A DNA stretch of 64,000 nucleotides, taken from NCBI GenBank assembly GCA_021613535.1, contig CP075493.1, forward strand, positions 14,260,001 through 14,324,000, in the 5' to 3' direction. Made by a program: the position numbers and the translations under genes. This DNA is from Adineta vaga (lineage: Eukaryota > Animalia > Rotifera). Shown one piece after another: positions 23,011 to 36,227 of this stretch (within the stretch, counting starts at the first letter, position 1; each line of letters begins with the position of its first letter). The notes below the pieces were generated by a model. That model saw only the letters and a program-made list of their open reading frames with translations. It was not told where the DNA came from and searched no databases.

Positions 23011-26000
23011 AATGATACACGATAAAGAAATTAACGATGGTGATCGTATTCAAAAACCAAACATCTACAATAAATATTTACCTTTTTATGATACACTTCA
23101 GCATCAAATACCTGAAGCGTTCGATGAAATTAAAATGCGCCTGTCTCAAACTATTCAATTAATTGAAATAGAACCTGGGTTTTCACTTTGGTCGACTAAA
23201 CTGAGTGATTTCATCTTATTGTACGGCTATTCATTTACCAAAACTGATCATATCAAACTGATCAATTTTTATCTTTCTGTCCTCTCTATAGAAAATTTGA
23301 ATTATGTACATGTGAAAACATGTTTCGATCTACTTGAAGTACTCTTGCGGTTAGTATACTTAAATATATATGCTGAAAATCGAAAACGTCTAGAAGAAAA
23401 TATTCTTATTTGATACTTTAGAAAAGTTGAGTTGATTACTCGCAATGAATTGACCATCGATTGGCGAATATTATATCATTGGGGTAGAATTATTCGATTT
23501 CATCATGATCAAGACTATTCACTTGAAATAATGCCCAAGTATGTAGAAAATTTAATCAATGAAATTATTTTCATCAATGTCATGCATTTTCTTAGTAACA
23601 TTGAACTATCATTTTGTGATTGTGTGGGACTTTCTTGTTATTATTTTTCGGAGACAGCAACACAAGAAATGTTAGATGAATTTCGTCCTTGGTTGTGTCC
23701 GTTTGATACCTCATGTGACGATGCAATGTATATTTTTCATCACTTCTTACCCGTTAACTTACCACCTGAGTTACATCATCAGGGATTTAAGTGAGTATCA
23801 TGACAATTTTCTCGATTTTCAATGGTAATATATTGATCACGATTCAGATTGTGGCTGCCTGAACTTCTTGGCATATGGGAAAGTATTTCTAGCAGTACGA
23901 ACTGGCAATCGGTAAGTTTCTTTACAAACGATGTTAATTTACATTAACGAAAGTTTTAGTATTTTATCCCAACATTTTCCTGTATTGCATGGAATAATAT
24001 TGGATACATCGATTGGGAACCTTGGATTCCTCAAGTGAGACTTACTTTGTACAAATGTAACTTCATAATTTTCATTTTGTCTTTTCCAGATCTTTACACG
24101 TTTTCTGAGAGATTTATCTCTTCCAGTCGGTGCTCTTTCGACAACTTCACAGAATATCACTTATTTGTCATCTGCTATGGCATCATTGATGGTAGCAATG
24201 ATAGGTAATGGAGGTTCATGTTTACAATATGTGAAGGATTTATTTACGGCAATTAAAAGTTTTTATCATCCATCAAACACGGGAGACTTTCAACAGTATC
24301 TCGTTAACTTTCTTAGTGAACTAGCAACAAAATTTGTCGAGCGAGTTTGTCTGTAAGTTTGTATTACATTCTATATATATATATATATATATTTCGATGC
24401 TTTTGTAAATTCAAGAGAGATGAATGCAGAGAAGCCATGGTATTTTCAAACACTTCAGTCCTACAAACTAACTGACCAAGATATAACTGATTTTGTTAAT
24501 TGTCTCAAAGAATGTGTTTACATTTCTATCTTTAACAAAACTTATTTGGGCGATGCAGCTATAGCATTTCGAAGTCTGGCCATGCTCCGACCCGAACTGA
24601 TTATACTACCTATCATCGAACAGTCAGTCCTTTACATTTATACAATTTATGAACTGTTTCGTTTTGTCATCTTATAGATTGTTTGTATCCGTTGACAACA
24701 TGATTGAACCACATCGTTTTACATCAATCTTGTATTGTTTGTCACAGGTCACCTTTGAAATCGTTTCACCAAAGTCAACATTCCCTCAAAATCAAACCTA
24801 TGTCTTGCCCTTGTTGATAGCTGTGTTGCCTGGAATCGATTCGAGTGACCTCGATAAAACAAATGTGACTTTGCAATTTCTAATATCAATGCTAACGATT
24901 ATCACATGTGTCGATTGTTCATCAGCTATCGATATTCAAGAAGATCTTACCGAAGTAAGACAAATAGAACTTTAACTTAATCAAATTAATTCATGTTTAT
25001 ACAGATCGAGAAAGAAGTGTGTTTATCGACAGCCAAATTTGAAGATTTCATTATTGAATTTCTCAATAGAACTTTTCAAATCATTGAACATAACTATGAT
25101 GATAGCAGTACTGTAATAGACCTTACATCAGTCGTTAGTGTTATTGTTCAACAATGCAGTGAAAAACTCTTCGAGGTATTTCAATTTCAATACAATGTAA
25201 CGAGATACTGTGATGAACTGTTTGTTTTTGTTTGAATAGGTGGTTCGAAAAAAGATTACGAATTTTCTTGCCGTTCCGTCTATTGGATCGAACGTCGACA
25301 ATTCTGTGACTTATATCCTAGTTCGACCCATTCTTCAAACTAATCCAATTGAAACACTCAAATATCTTCTACCACAAACATGTGAACGTATCGAAAAGAT
25401 ACTTGATGATTGGGAAGCAACCATCTTTACCGATTATCAAGGTGACCCCGAACTGACTTGGTATGTAGTTCTTTTCTCTGAACTTCTCCAAGCTCGTGGT
25501 GATACATTACTCATCTACAAACCAATTATTTTATCTGTCTTTCATCGATGTGTACAACTCATTCATAAAGAATCCTACAATGCTATGGCTAATGCTGCAC
25601 AATACTTACTTAGGTCACTTTCGAATGCATATCCAATTGAATATCGTCTGACATTGGAAAATATCGATGAACCATTTACTGACTTTTTACCTATTCGAGT
25701 AAGGTTTTTGTCTACGCATCAACAACAACAACAACAACAAAATAATTATCTGTCGTCTAGGCATGGGGTAAACATGTAGAATTGGATAATCTAAAACCTC
25801 AATTCCATATTCCAAATGCAGAAGAAATAAGTTTTGCGTGTGATATCGTCGAAACATTCTTGTATAGAGAACTGACCTTTTTAAATGAGAAAGATTCTTG
25901 TATATCCAAGGATGAACGGCTTCGATCTCTTACATTATTATCTTCAATAATTATTGGATGTTTACGAATGGTACCAAGTGTTGATAGCGAAGAAGTACCC

Positions 26001-29000
26001 GATCTGTACGTAATTCTTTTGAAACTCTGATATGTAGAAAATCTTATTATTTACTTGTAGCGTACCAACACTCGTCTCTCTCGAGTCACAATACAAAACT
26101 CCATGTTCAATTTACCCTTGCGTGCCAAGTAAGTAAACGGAAAATTAATCTGATATATCAATCAATTTTAAATTGAATTTAATTACAGAGTTTAAAGAGA
26201 ACCTTCGACGTCGCATAATTAACGATTTGGGAAATTTGCTTGGTTCGTTCTTGTCGAAGAAAACAAATGTTGATATTAAGCTTTTTGTTTTTCAGATCAT
26301 CTCATCGATAAACATCCAGATGATGCAGCATCCATTTCATTTGCTCTGCAGGCATTTAGATCAAATTATTGTTGTTTATATTCTATTTTGGAATTTATTA
26401 TAGATCTATGCTTTATCACCATGCTATTACGGTGTATTAGCGGATGAATATGATGGAGCATTTGCTGATTTTGATACAGCAATTTATTCATTTGAAAGTG
26501 AAATCAATAGCAAACAATGTTATCCTCGTTTTGTAATGATCAGACGTTTAGTAGAACAAATGAATGTAAGTGAAAAGAATAAGAATTTCTAATACTAATG
26601 ACTATTGTTGATAGTTGCTTTCTTTACACCATAATGAACCATTTACGGAAATAGATAAACAAGTAGTAATTAAACTAGCTGAACTGTCTATGAATCGATA
26701 CTGTGGTGTAAGTAATGCCTTTGAACGATATCAGAAGCTTGATACCAACTTTTAGATTCGAATGAATGCACAACAATCTTTGTTCGTGCTGTTAACTCGT
26801 TTTCAATTTTCGTACGAAGTTATTATCGATCGTCTGTTGGAACTTCTCAATGCATCAAATGAAATTAATCATGATGAATTCAAAGTTTGTTTTTTCTTTC
26901 TCTCTCTTCAAGTCATTAATGACTTTCACTCACAAGGGTTGTCTATATATCTTGCTTGGCACTGATTTCGTTTTCTTACCTGGGAAACATTCATGGAAAT
27001 TGCTTGAAAAACTCTGGCCGTCGATTGCAAAAACAACGCATGTCACTAAGACAAGTACGCAAGATCTGATCTTACAAATTGTGTACAAGATCAGCCAACA
27101 GTTTGATGCACCATCCATTATTGAAGAGACAAATATTGCGGCAATACGTGCAGCAGCTGCTCTTTGGCGTCCATTAGATGCTCAAGAGATGAAAATAAGT
27201 ATTGAAAATCGTGAAAAACGTACCCAAGAAAATATCCAATCTTACAATAATCTGATCGGAGATATCAGTTTCTCAACGAGTGATACTCATTTGTAAGCGT
27301 TGCTTTTAAGAAAGAACTATTCTAAATCTAGTTCTGTATATTTAGAACTTGGCAACAACAACAGAGAATGGTTTATTTACTTGGTCAATTATTTCAAAAG
27401 AAAGTGCCTCTTTCTACTTCCTTCATTCAAACAGGCCTCGATCTATTCGTTCATGATAACGTAGAATTACGATCGGTAAGTTGAATATTTCTTTTGTTAT
27501 AGACGTCAGCTCATATATATGTTTAGTTGGCGTGTAATTATATAGCTGCTGTGTGTCGTTTGCAAAAACTACCTCGAATTTATGTTGAAAAAACACGTGA
27601 TGAGATTATGCACCGGACAATTAACGATGAATGTCATCCAGGTGATCGAGATGATAATCTATGGGTGACACTCAACGATTACAAACCACCTAAAACTCAG
27701 ATAGAATGGGAAGAAAGTTGTTTTTTAGATAAGAGTTTTCATGGCTATTATCAATGGCCAAAAATCATTAGGTATCCAATCAATAAACGAGATCGATACA
27801 CACAAGGAAACATGCCAGAACAAGTGGCCATTATATACGATCGATTCGTGGACAAAACGTTTCTTACACATGCTATTCAATTGATGGTATCAGACTTGGA
27901 TGGAGGCAATGGTTTTAATGTGCATCGATATCGAATGTTTAAAGTGAGATAACACATCGTTTTGAATGACAACTATCAATATGTCAATCTTTTTCTAGGG
28001 TCTCTTTCGAAATTTCGGTGAAGCTTTTGTCGATAATTTTATGGAAATACTCTATACACTTATGCATGAACAAACAACAGAGAAACAGGAAGCAAGTTCA
28101 CAGTTAGCTGCGGAAATTGTTGCTGGTATAATTCGTGGATCAAAATATTGGACGATAGAAATGGTTAGTGATTCTGCGAGACTTTCTTCATATTTATATG
28201 GTATCACTTTTATAGCATAACGAACTGTGGCTTAAACTTACACCGTTTCTAAACAAAGTTTGCGCCAATCTCAGTTGGGAAGTAGTGACTAGCTGGTATT
28301 ATTGTTTTTGGCATGTTCTGGTTAGTTTGAAGGTTTGAAACAGATTTTCTAAATTATGTTTCTATTGAAAAAAAGGGAGATGCCGATCCTCGACGAATGT
28401 ATCGTGTAATTGAATTTCTTCTTTCTCTAATGAATATTCCTTCAACAGCGAATGGAATCAGTGAAACATCGCGTTGGTATTTAGTTAAAATATTATCCAA
28501 TTGCGAATGGCACATTCCTAAAGTTTGGCATGCTGTCAGTACCTATGCCAAAGAGTTACTCGATCATCCACATAGTGCTGTACGAGAGCGAATTATTTCG
28601 TAAAAGATAAACCTCAAAAATTGTAACATGAAAATATTCTCTACCTATTGTAGTATTTTCAATCGAGCGTTCTATTGTGATGTTACATTGCCTAATGGTC
28701 AATCAACACGACATCCTAATATGAATCTATTTCTCAGCTTCGTACGTAAACGATTACAGGAAGCGATGGATATCTGTGAGAAAAGTTCTAGAGGTAGAGT
28801 TTTTACTATAAATTTTCCATTTCGTCAAAGTGCGTGCATTCTATAGTTGATAGTTCCGATGAAGTTGCAAAAATCGTTTCAGAGCGTCAGCAAGCACTGG
28901 TATTTATCGAAACAGGTAATGACGACATATGATGTTATACTAAAAAGAAATTCTTTCATGTGTTTCTGTATAGTAATTGAACTCTACATCAAAATACTTA

Positions 29001-30023
29001 GCGGATGTCTACAACCAATAAAACGCGGAATGATTGAACTATTTCCTGAAGTACAGATTTACATCCACTTTATCATTTATAAAAAACAATATTTTCTTTT
29101 ACATTCATTTTACTTAGCTCTGCAACCTCGAAAATATTGTCAGTCATGATGAAGATCTGCAAGTGCGTTTAACACTCAGCCGAACAACTATCACTACTTT
29201 GCATATACAAGTTCCATTCCTTGAAGAATTCATCGAACAAATAGAATGTGTATGTAGTGAAAATAGATTCCATGCAATTTTTACAAATTTCAACGTGTAG
29301 GTAATTAAAAGTGATAAGTGGCATGCACGTCGGGCTGCTATTGAATTTATTCAATATTTGATCTTTGGTAATCTATTTAATGCTCGTCCATTTTCACCAC
29401 GTATCCGTAAAATTGTACTTGGACATTTGTCTGATGAACAACTTGAAGTACGAACAATTGCTTCTGTCACTCTAGCAGGTTTATATCAATGCAATTTCAT
29501 TCCAATTACCAAGGAAGATCTGGTAAGAGTTATTTCTCTCGAAATTCTGTTAAAACAACCATTTTCTGATAAACAGGAATACTTTTGTTGGATGAGTAAG
29601 ACGAAGTATTCAATCAAAGTTGATGACAAGAAAATTACATTAACAGAAAATATAATTAAACGACATGGTGGTAAGTATTAATAAATTTTTTAGATCATAC
29701 AACACTTTTATGTATTCTTTATAGGTGTTCTCGGTCTGTGCGCCATGGTTCTTTCAGCTCCTTACGATATTCCTCTATATATTCCCGATGCTTTGATGCA
29801 AATGTGTGAACATTTACAAGATCCAATTCTAATTCGAGTAAATAGTTTTCGGGAAAATTCGACTATATTATCATGTTTCTTTCTTTAGGAATCGGTCAAA
29901 TATGCTTTAGCAGAATTTCGTCGTACACATCATGATTCATGGCATGAACATCGCGAAAAGTTTACTAATGAACAACTCGTCATTCTCACTGATGTTCTCA
30001 TTTCTCCGAGTTATTATGCTTAA
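23011..30023 (+). CDS. PSME4: Proteasome activator complex subunit 4 (PA200/Blm10); many short introns, 5' end approximate
   Basis: [101 protein letters not shown], and C-terminal ISPSYYA-stop (HbYX motif), with TAA at 30021-30023. Confidence 0.95.
25719..25741. repeat. (CAA)n microsatellite in a PSME4 intron
   Basis: caacaacaacaacaacaacaa lies between the donor gtaagg near 25699 and the acceptor ctag near 25760. Confidence 0.8.
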
Positions 30024-30071
30024 TTTAGAACAATTCTGACACTTTATTTTAAAATAAACAAATAATTTCAT

Positions 30072-32133
30072 TTAGTTCGAATTCATCGTAGCCATTTCTG
30101 ATTCCATTGAAACAGCATTTTCTTCTTGTTTGTTCAGTAACTTCGTAATAACTGTGTCAACTTCATTTTGTTGAAAATCATCTTGTAATCTTGCTACTCG
30201 ATCGTCAAATAACTCCGATGATCCAGTCGATAATAAACCTAATAGATGATCAAGTTTCGTTAGATCTGGACGTTGTCGATTGAATTTAAACTAAAGAAAA
30301 ACGTATGAAAATAATGATAACAAAAATAACGATCGAAATTAGGATTTCTCTTACTTGAGTTACATCGGGCACATTGGCCTCAAGAAATTGTTTATACATT
30401 TGACCTAGATCATGTTGATGAGCAAGAAAGGAAATGAATACTAATTTAGCTGGATACACTTCTTCACGATATTTCAAAAATAATTTAAAGAATCGTGTTT
30501 TTGTTCCATCATTTAATTCAATACTTTCATTTTCTTCTTCATCAGTTACCATAATAAATGTTTTAACAATTTCTTTTTCAAGATAATATGGTAAAAGAGC
30601 AGCAGCATTTGCTGTACCACCACCGACATTGGTTGTTAATGCTAATGTAAGAACATCTTCAACATTTTTTGGGGTAAATGCTGGCTGAAATGCTTCACCA
30701 TGGAAGAAAGTCAATTTTGCTGAACATATTGCTGTTAATAATGATGAAAGAATCGTTGCTGTACGTATAGCAATTTCCATTGAATACGACGCATCAGCAA
30801 GAACAACTACAGGTGATTCGAGTGGTAATTTAATTGTTTGAAGTTGAGCTTCGGCTGCTGGAATTAGATCAGAGTAGAGTGCAGTTTTTTTCGATTGATC
30901 TGAATGTTGATGAGTGACATTGGCAAAGCCTCGTGTTCGACCGCGTCCCCAAGCATGGCTATGTTCAGGATTACGATAGAAAGTTGGAATATCCGGTTGA
31001 TTATCTCGTAATGTACGAATAAGTAAAAGCCGATCCATAAGTTTTCCATATGGTAAAGTGACTTGTTCACCACTACGTAATCTTTCGCTAATAACTACAT
31101 CTACATCTGGACATTCCAAATCTTCATAATACCATAGAATCGTATTCAATTTTTCTTCATATGAAGCAATTCTTGCTTTCGATTGATCGGTTAAATGTTC
31201 TTTGAATTGTTTCAAATGTGAATATGGAATTTTAAATTCTATAATTAAAGTGTTAACATTAGCATTGGTTAAATCTTGACAACGAAAGACCATTGTTTCT
31301 TGTGGTGCTGGTGTACCAAAACAAAATGGTAAAAACCATGGTAAAGCTGGAAAATCTTTCGTAGGATTGAAATGAACAATATCAGCTAGTTTTCTCCATG
31401 GTTCTGTTGGCATATGTAATGCAAAATATTCCAATTCTTGTTGAGTTAATGTACGACTCCAACGCGTAATATGTCGAGCAATCGCTCCACTTGCTGATCC
31501 ACTGGAGACTTTGAGTTTATTTAAATTATCGATGTTATTTTTTACTCGACCAAGTTTTGTTGCGCTAGGTTTTGTTTTACTTAATTCAAGACGTTTAAGT
31601 TGTTTCTCATAAACGCGAATTAGTCGAGCAGCATCTAACATAGTTACGGCCTTAAGAACTTCAGTTAGAGTGAATAAACGTCGATGACGTAAGAGATTAT
31701 TTGCTAACGTATGATCATGTCGACACCAAGCAGCAGCTAATACACAAGCCTTCGCTTTTTGTCCAATTTCAACACTATTTTCATTCAATGCAAATAAAGT
31801 AGCTAAATAACGAGGTAAGTTAATTGTTTGTGCTTGAATATGTTGATCGATTGTAACATTTGCATTCACAAAAAATGGTTTAGGATCAGCGTTAATATTC
31901 AGTTCTATTGCAGAATTGGTCGATGTTACTTGTTCCTCAATATCTATTGTTTGCGGAGGAACAGATCGAGCGCCTCCACGGAAATATCCACGAGTAGCTC
32001 CACGACCGCCTCTACCTCGAGAAGTTCCACCGCCACCACCACCACCTCGTCCACCTCGACCTCGGCTAGTTCCACGACCACGTCCACCTCGTCCTCGACT
32101 AGTTCCACGTCCACGAACCACTAAAGACTCCAT
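30072..32133 (-). CDS. RGG-rich N-terminus + helical (TROVE/Ro60-like) region + vWA domain; 2 exons (intron 30291-30354)
   Basis: RGRGTSRGRGG repeats; MIDAS-type VVVLADASYSM, GGTANAAAL, FIMVTDEEEN. Last exon reads FKFNRQRPDLTKLDHLLGLL...NSN-stop. The vWA call is firm; the TROVE assignment is inference. Confidence 0.7.
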
Positions 32134-32469
32134 TTATATAAGAGTATATATGTTAACTTTTTTGCTAAACCTACTTATACTATATGTTAAATACTTTGTA
32201 TTTCACGGAGGAAGAACGTCGACGATTTTGTTTTTCTCTGATTCTATCTGAAAATGTTTTATCACATGTCTTCTACCTTTTTATACATAAAAAAAGTATT
32301 ACACAATCCATTCGTCATTATTTCATGAAGTGATGAAATACCATGTCGCAAAAAGAGAAATATACAAAACTAATATTGTCTAAATGATGTAACGATACGA
32401 ACTACTTTTATTCATCCTATGAAAATATGTGCTTCTCATCGTATAGCCAATATGTTGTTTTTCGAACAT

Positions 32470-33552
32470 TTAATTACCGCAATGAAAGAGCCATTCGATA
32501 GGCATTTCTTTGAAAAATGCATATAAATATCCAAAATAGTTATTTGCTTCTAATAAATGACTTGAAGGCACTACATGGATAGTACGAGGATATGCTCCAT
32601 TGCAACTAGATTTCCATGTTGAACCATCTTTTAAATAATGAGTTGTATGCCCATTGACAAAACATGGTAAAGTGATGAAATGTTCCGACAAATAAGTAGC
32701 AAAAAGACTTAAAATAACTTGATCTGCTGTCCATAAAGATCTAAGTCCGAATTGATTATATGCAGTTTCTGTTACATTATGTAATAAACGTGTAAAATCA
32801 ATTGAACGACAAACATTCAAATCTAACAAAACGATGCCAGTTATAAAAGTATCTGGATTTGATCCTTTGTATTTATAGTCAGTTGGTACGAATGGATACC
32901 ATGGTGCCAAACCCAATGCAGTTTGATTTGTATTAAACAATTGGAATTGTCTCCAAATCGAATAAACATCGTCAACAAACATGATGTCCACATCAATAAG
33001 AAGAATACGATGTACATCCAAAGGTAATAGTTCATGAACGAATGCTTTCGACAACGCATATATGCCGGAATAATGTGTATTGATAATTCGACGTTCTTCT
33101 AAAAACTTTTTTCCGATTTCTAAAAGTTTTTCAATTGGGTATATTCGAAATTTTGTACAAACATCTGGAACGGGAATAAAGTAGTGACTAATTGTTCTCT
33201 CTCCATCAGAATCTGTAAATATATGGAAAGTTAGATTGTAAAATTTTCGCCGATGAAACATAATTGATTTTATTGTACTAATGGCCATCTGATTAAATGA
33301 ATGTCCAGTACATACAAGAACTAAATGAATACCATCCTGTAAATAATTCGAGATTTCAAGTTTTTCATGAACACGTATTATAAATGCGGTATTTCGACAT
33401 TGAGATACTGATGCATGATTGAAAATCAATAACATTGTGCTCAAAGCCATCAAAATAATAATGATGATCAACTTTGTCCGAAATGATTTCAAGCTGTTCC
33501 ACATATAGTCGTAGTGTCTTCGTATGAGCATAATATACGTTTCTAAAATCAC
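32470..33552 (-). CDS. Glycosyltransferase family 8, similar to the xylosyltransferase domain of LARGE; type II membrane protein, intronless
   Basis: N-terminal TM; FHIFTD, NTHYSGIYALSK, DxD motif LLIDVDIMF, GIVLLDL, ADQVIL. Confidence 0.85.
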   Translation of the reverse strand: MILETYIMLIRRHYDYMWNSLKSFRTKLIIIIILMALSTMLLIFNHASVSQCRNTAFIIRVHEKLEISNYLQDGIHLVLVCTGHSFNQMAISTIKSIMFHRRKFYNLTFHIFTDSDGERTISHYFIPVPDVCTKFRIYPIEKLLEIGKKFLEERRIINTHYSGIYALSKAFVHELLPLDVHRILLIDVDIMFVDDVYSIWRQFQLFNTNQTALGLAPWYPFVPTDYKYKGSNPDTFITGIVLLDLNVCRSIDFTRLLHNVTETAYNQFGLRSLWTADQVILSLFATYLSEHFITLPCFVNGHTTHYLKDGSTWKSSCNGAYPRTIHVVPSSHLLEANNYFGYLYAFFKEMPIEWLFHCGN

Positions 33553-34128
33553 ATGAAATTTGCGTTAATATTAACATCTCGAAGGTGTGAGCGTCTACTC
33601 TTCCATAAATCATAGTTTCATTATCAAATGGAGAAATGTGTGAAATTCTTAAACCATTGAAATATTTACTTACTGTTTAGTAGAGACTAAAGAATTTTGT
33701 CAGTGCGACCAAAGTTTTGAGGAATATATTCACATAAAATAAATCATTGTATTTAAGTTCTTTTATTCCGCAGTTGATATTGATCAATGAATAACTAATT
33801 TCTGTTCTTAGTATTACTTGATACAACTCTTTTTATTTGAAAAAAAAATAAGGATAAAAATAATTGAGATATCAAATTCTACTTTGCTTTAACTTTGTCT
33901 AGGAAATCTTTTGTCGTTCACTATTTACTGTAAAATAATATGTGCCTTGATATATAAAGAAATTCTCATGAAAATCACGTTCTTTTTCTTCCTTTTCTTT
34001 CGTTCTGTCAAATTGCTCGCCAGATACATTCGCTAGAGAGAGAGTGAGTGAGTGATTCGCCATCTTTTTTTTCTGCAAATAACAGAACGAGAAAATTTTC
34101 TTAGTATTCAGGAGGTTAGATACATGGA

Positions 34129-34658
34129 GTGGAGAATCTCAAATTGTTACCAGTTCTCAAATACTTTATGTAAAAATTTTTAAAATTTCAAATTCGAACT
34201 GATAGTTTACTTGCGTTGAGAGATCTTCGAAAATTGTCATCTTAGGAAGATTCGTTGTTTTTCTCAAGTTCTTTCATATATTAAACATCAGATATGATAT
34301 CAGATATTCACTTTTTGCTGAAGATTTTGAAGTGATAACAATTTTGTGAATGACAAACATCATTAAAGAACACCATTTAAAGCAGTATTGCTCACTAATC
34401 GTTATCGCTTTAGCATCTTCAGGTGAAACTAAATATCCGATATCTGTTGACTCTTTCTACATGTAGATAGAAAACTATCATCGATTTATTCATTTGACAG
34501 GTGAAATGGAAAATTTCCATAGTAATTTCCATATATGAGCTACGATCTGCGACGACAGTTTTCAATAAAAACAAGCTAAATGAGTGATTGCTAGCACGGT
34601 GTGCAATATCAAATATAAGGCTGTTCGCGAAAACTGGTAACATTTTGAGATTCTCCAC
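34129..34658. mobile_element. Non-autonomous TIR element (MITE), about 530 bp
   Basis: gtggagaatctcaaattgttaccagtt (34129-34155) and aactggtaacattttgagattctccac (34632-34658) form a 27-bp inverted repeat with 1 mismatch. No recognisable coding capacity inside. Confidence 0.75.
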
Positions 34659-35251
34659 CTCCTCGTTAGATATGTCCTTAGTATACGGAAATGATTAATG
34701 TCTTGAATGTGTGCTTGCAATCAAATTGAATGAGGCAGCAACCTTCCAAAAGACAAAACCATTTTGACGATGTGAGTATAAATGCACGATTGAACAAATA
34801 GAGCTATAATCGGAAGAGAATTAATCGGCCGTTCTTTTACGTAAAAAAACCGAGAAAGGAAGAAAGAATGTTGCGAAACGCATTTAAACTGTCAAATTTA
34901 CAATCGATTGCTTATTGTATATGTAACTACTGTATATAAAAAGATCAGTTAACCGTTTAAATTATTAATATACTTTGAAGCGGTTACAGCATCATTGACG
35001 TTATTGTAAAATTTGATTTTTCTAGCAATTTTTCCTTTCTGTCAAGTAGAATGGTTGTGTTCTTAAGAGAAAAGTCATACTCGCACGTAAATGCCGAAAT
35101 ATTCTCTGTAGAAAATGATCATTTAACGTTTTATTGAATCTTTTAATGAAAAGTTCTTATAGTGACAATACAGGTGAAATAAACTCATTTAAAAATAAAG
35201 AAGTCAAAATTACTGATAAAAAGTGAGTATGATCTCGTTGGCACGCATGTA

Positions 35252-35640
35252 TTATTTATTTGAATTGTCATCAGTGCTAAAATCTTCTGCGTTAGGTGCA
35301 TCATCCATCGTACCATCACCATCAATAATTGAACAAGATGAAATTGCATAATTCAAATGTTCATATATAATTTTACTTGTTGAATAAGCAGGTAAATCAA
35401 ACGTAAAGAATTATACACAACAGTGGCAATCGTGGAGAACATGCACCATCATAAGGTCCACCTTGATCAGTACTATGCATATCGAGATAATGTGCTAACC
35501 AAAGTTGGTCATTTGATTGTCGAAATAAGTTATGAGCATCAGTGCGTAGTTGTTGATAAGCTTGATAAAACATAGTATTGTTACTTTTTTCTCTGTATCT
35601 GTACTTGCTTTAATTGTATCGAAATAAACCGATTGAAACT
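35252..35640 (-). pseudogene. Internally deleted HECT E3 ligase (HERC-like) remnant
   Basis: TMFYQAYQQLR...LWLAHYLDMHSTDQGGPY (start of HECT) is joined, after a frameshift, to FFTFDLPAYSTSKIIYEHLNYAISSCSIIDGDG (HECT C-terminus). Confidence 0.7.
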
Positions 35641-36227
35641 CATTGCGATGCAGTCAGTTGTAGTTTGTTCTAGGGATGTTTTAAATAATTGACGTTTTGC
35701 TGATGTTAATAAATAGAATTTTATCGATCGAATAGAATCTGCTGGAATATTTGTTACAGTGATCGATAACTCTTATAAAAACTTCTAGAGAAAACGTCAG
35801 GTAAGGCTGTTTGTTGATCAGACCGCAAGCTCTAATCAAATCGATCTTAACCAATAAATGTTGAGTAGCTTTTGGAAGTTCTGATTGGACTTCATGGATA
35901 TAGTTATCTTCTTTCGTGTTTTGCTTTTTTTGTCTGACTAACAATACAAATAGCAAGTCCCTTAGTGCATATTCGAGTTTGTTTTTTTCTTCAATGCTTT
36001 TGAAAGTATCTTTTTGAATATTTCAGTTCGATGCAACGAGATTTATGGACGTGTGGTAACATTGTTATGTGAATCTCAATGTATATACGTATATATATGT
36101 GCTTGATTTTGTTGTTTTTAGATAAAATGATACTGATATAAATATTCGACAGTATATGTCAATAGAAAAGAGAAGAAAAGATTCTTTTTTTTTTATTATG
36201 TGGAAGAGCTAAACGAAGAATTTCTAG

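Noticed and set aside
25240-25779. PolyQ tract at the end of a PSME4 ORF
   Set aside because: It is an intronic (CAA)n microsatellite read through by the ORF finder.
31828-32251. Ser/Thr-rich and Pro/Arg-rich plus-strand ORFs
   Set aside because: Antisense shadows of the RGG-coding region.
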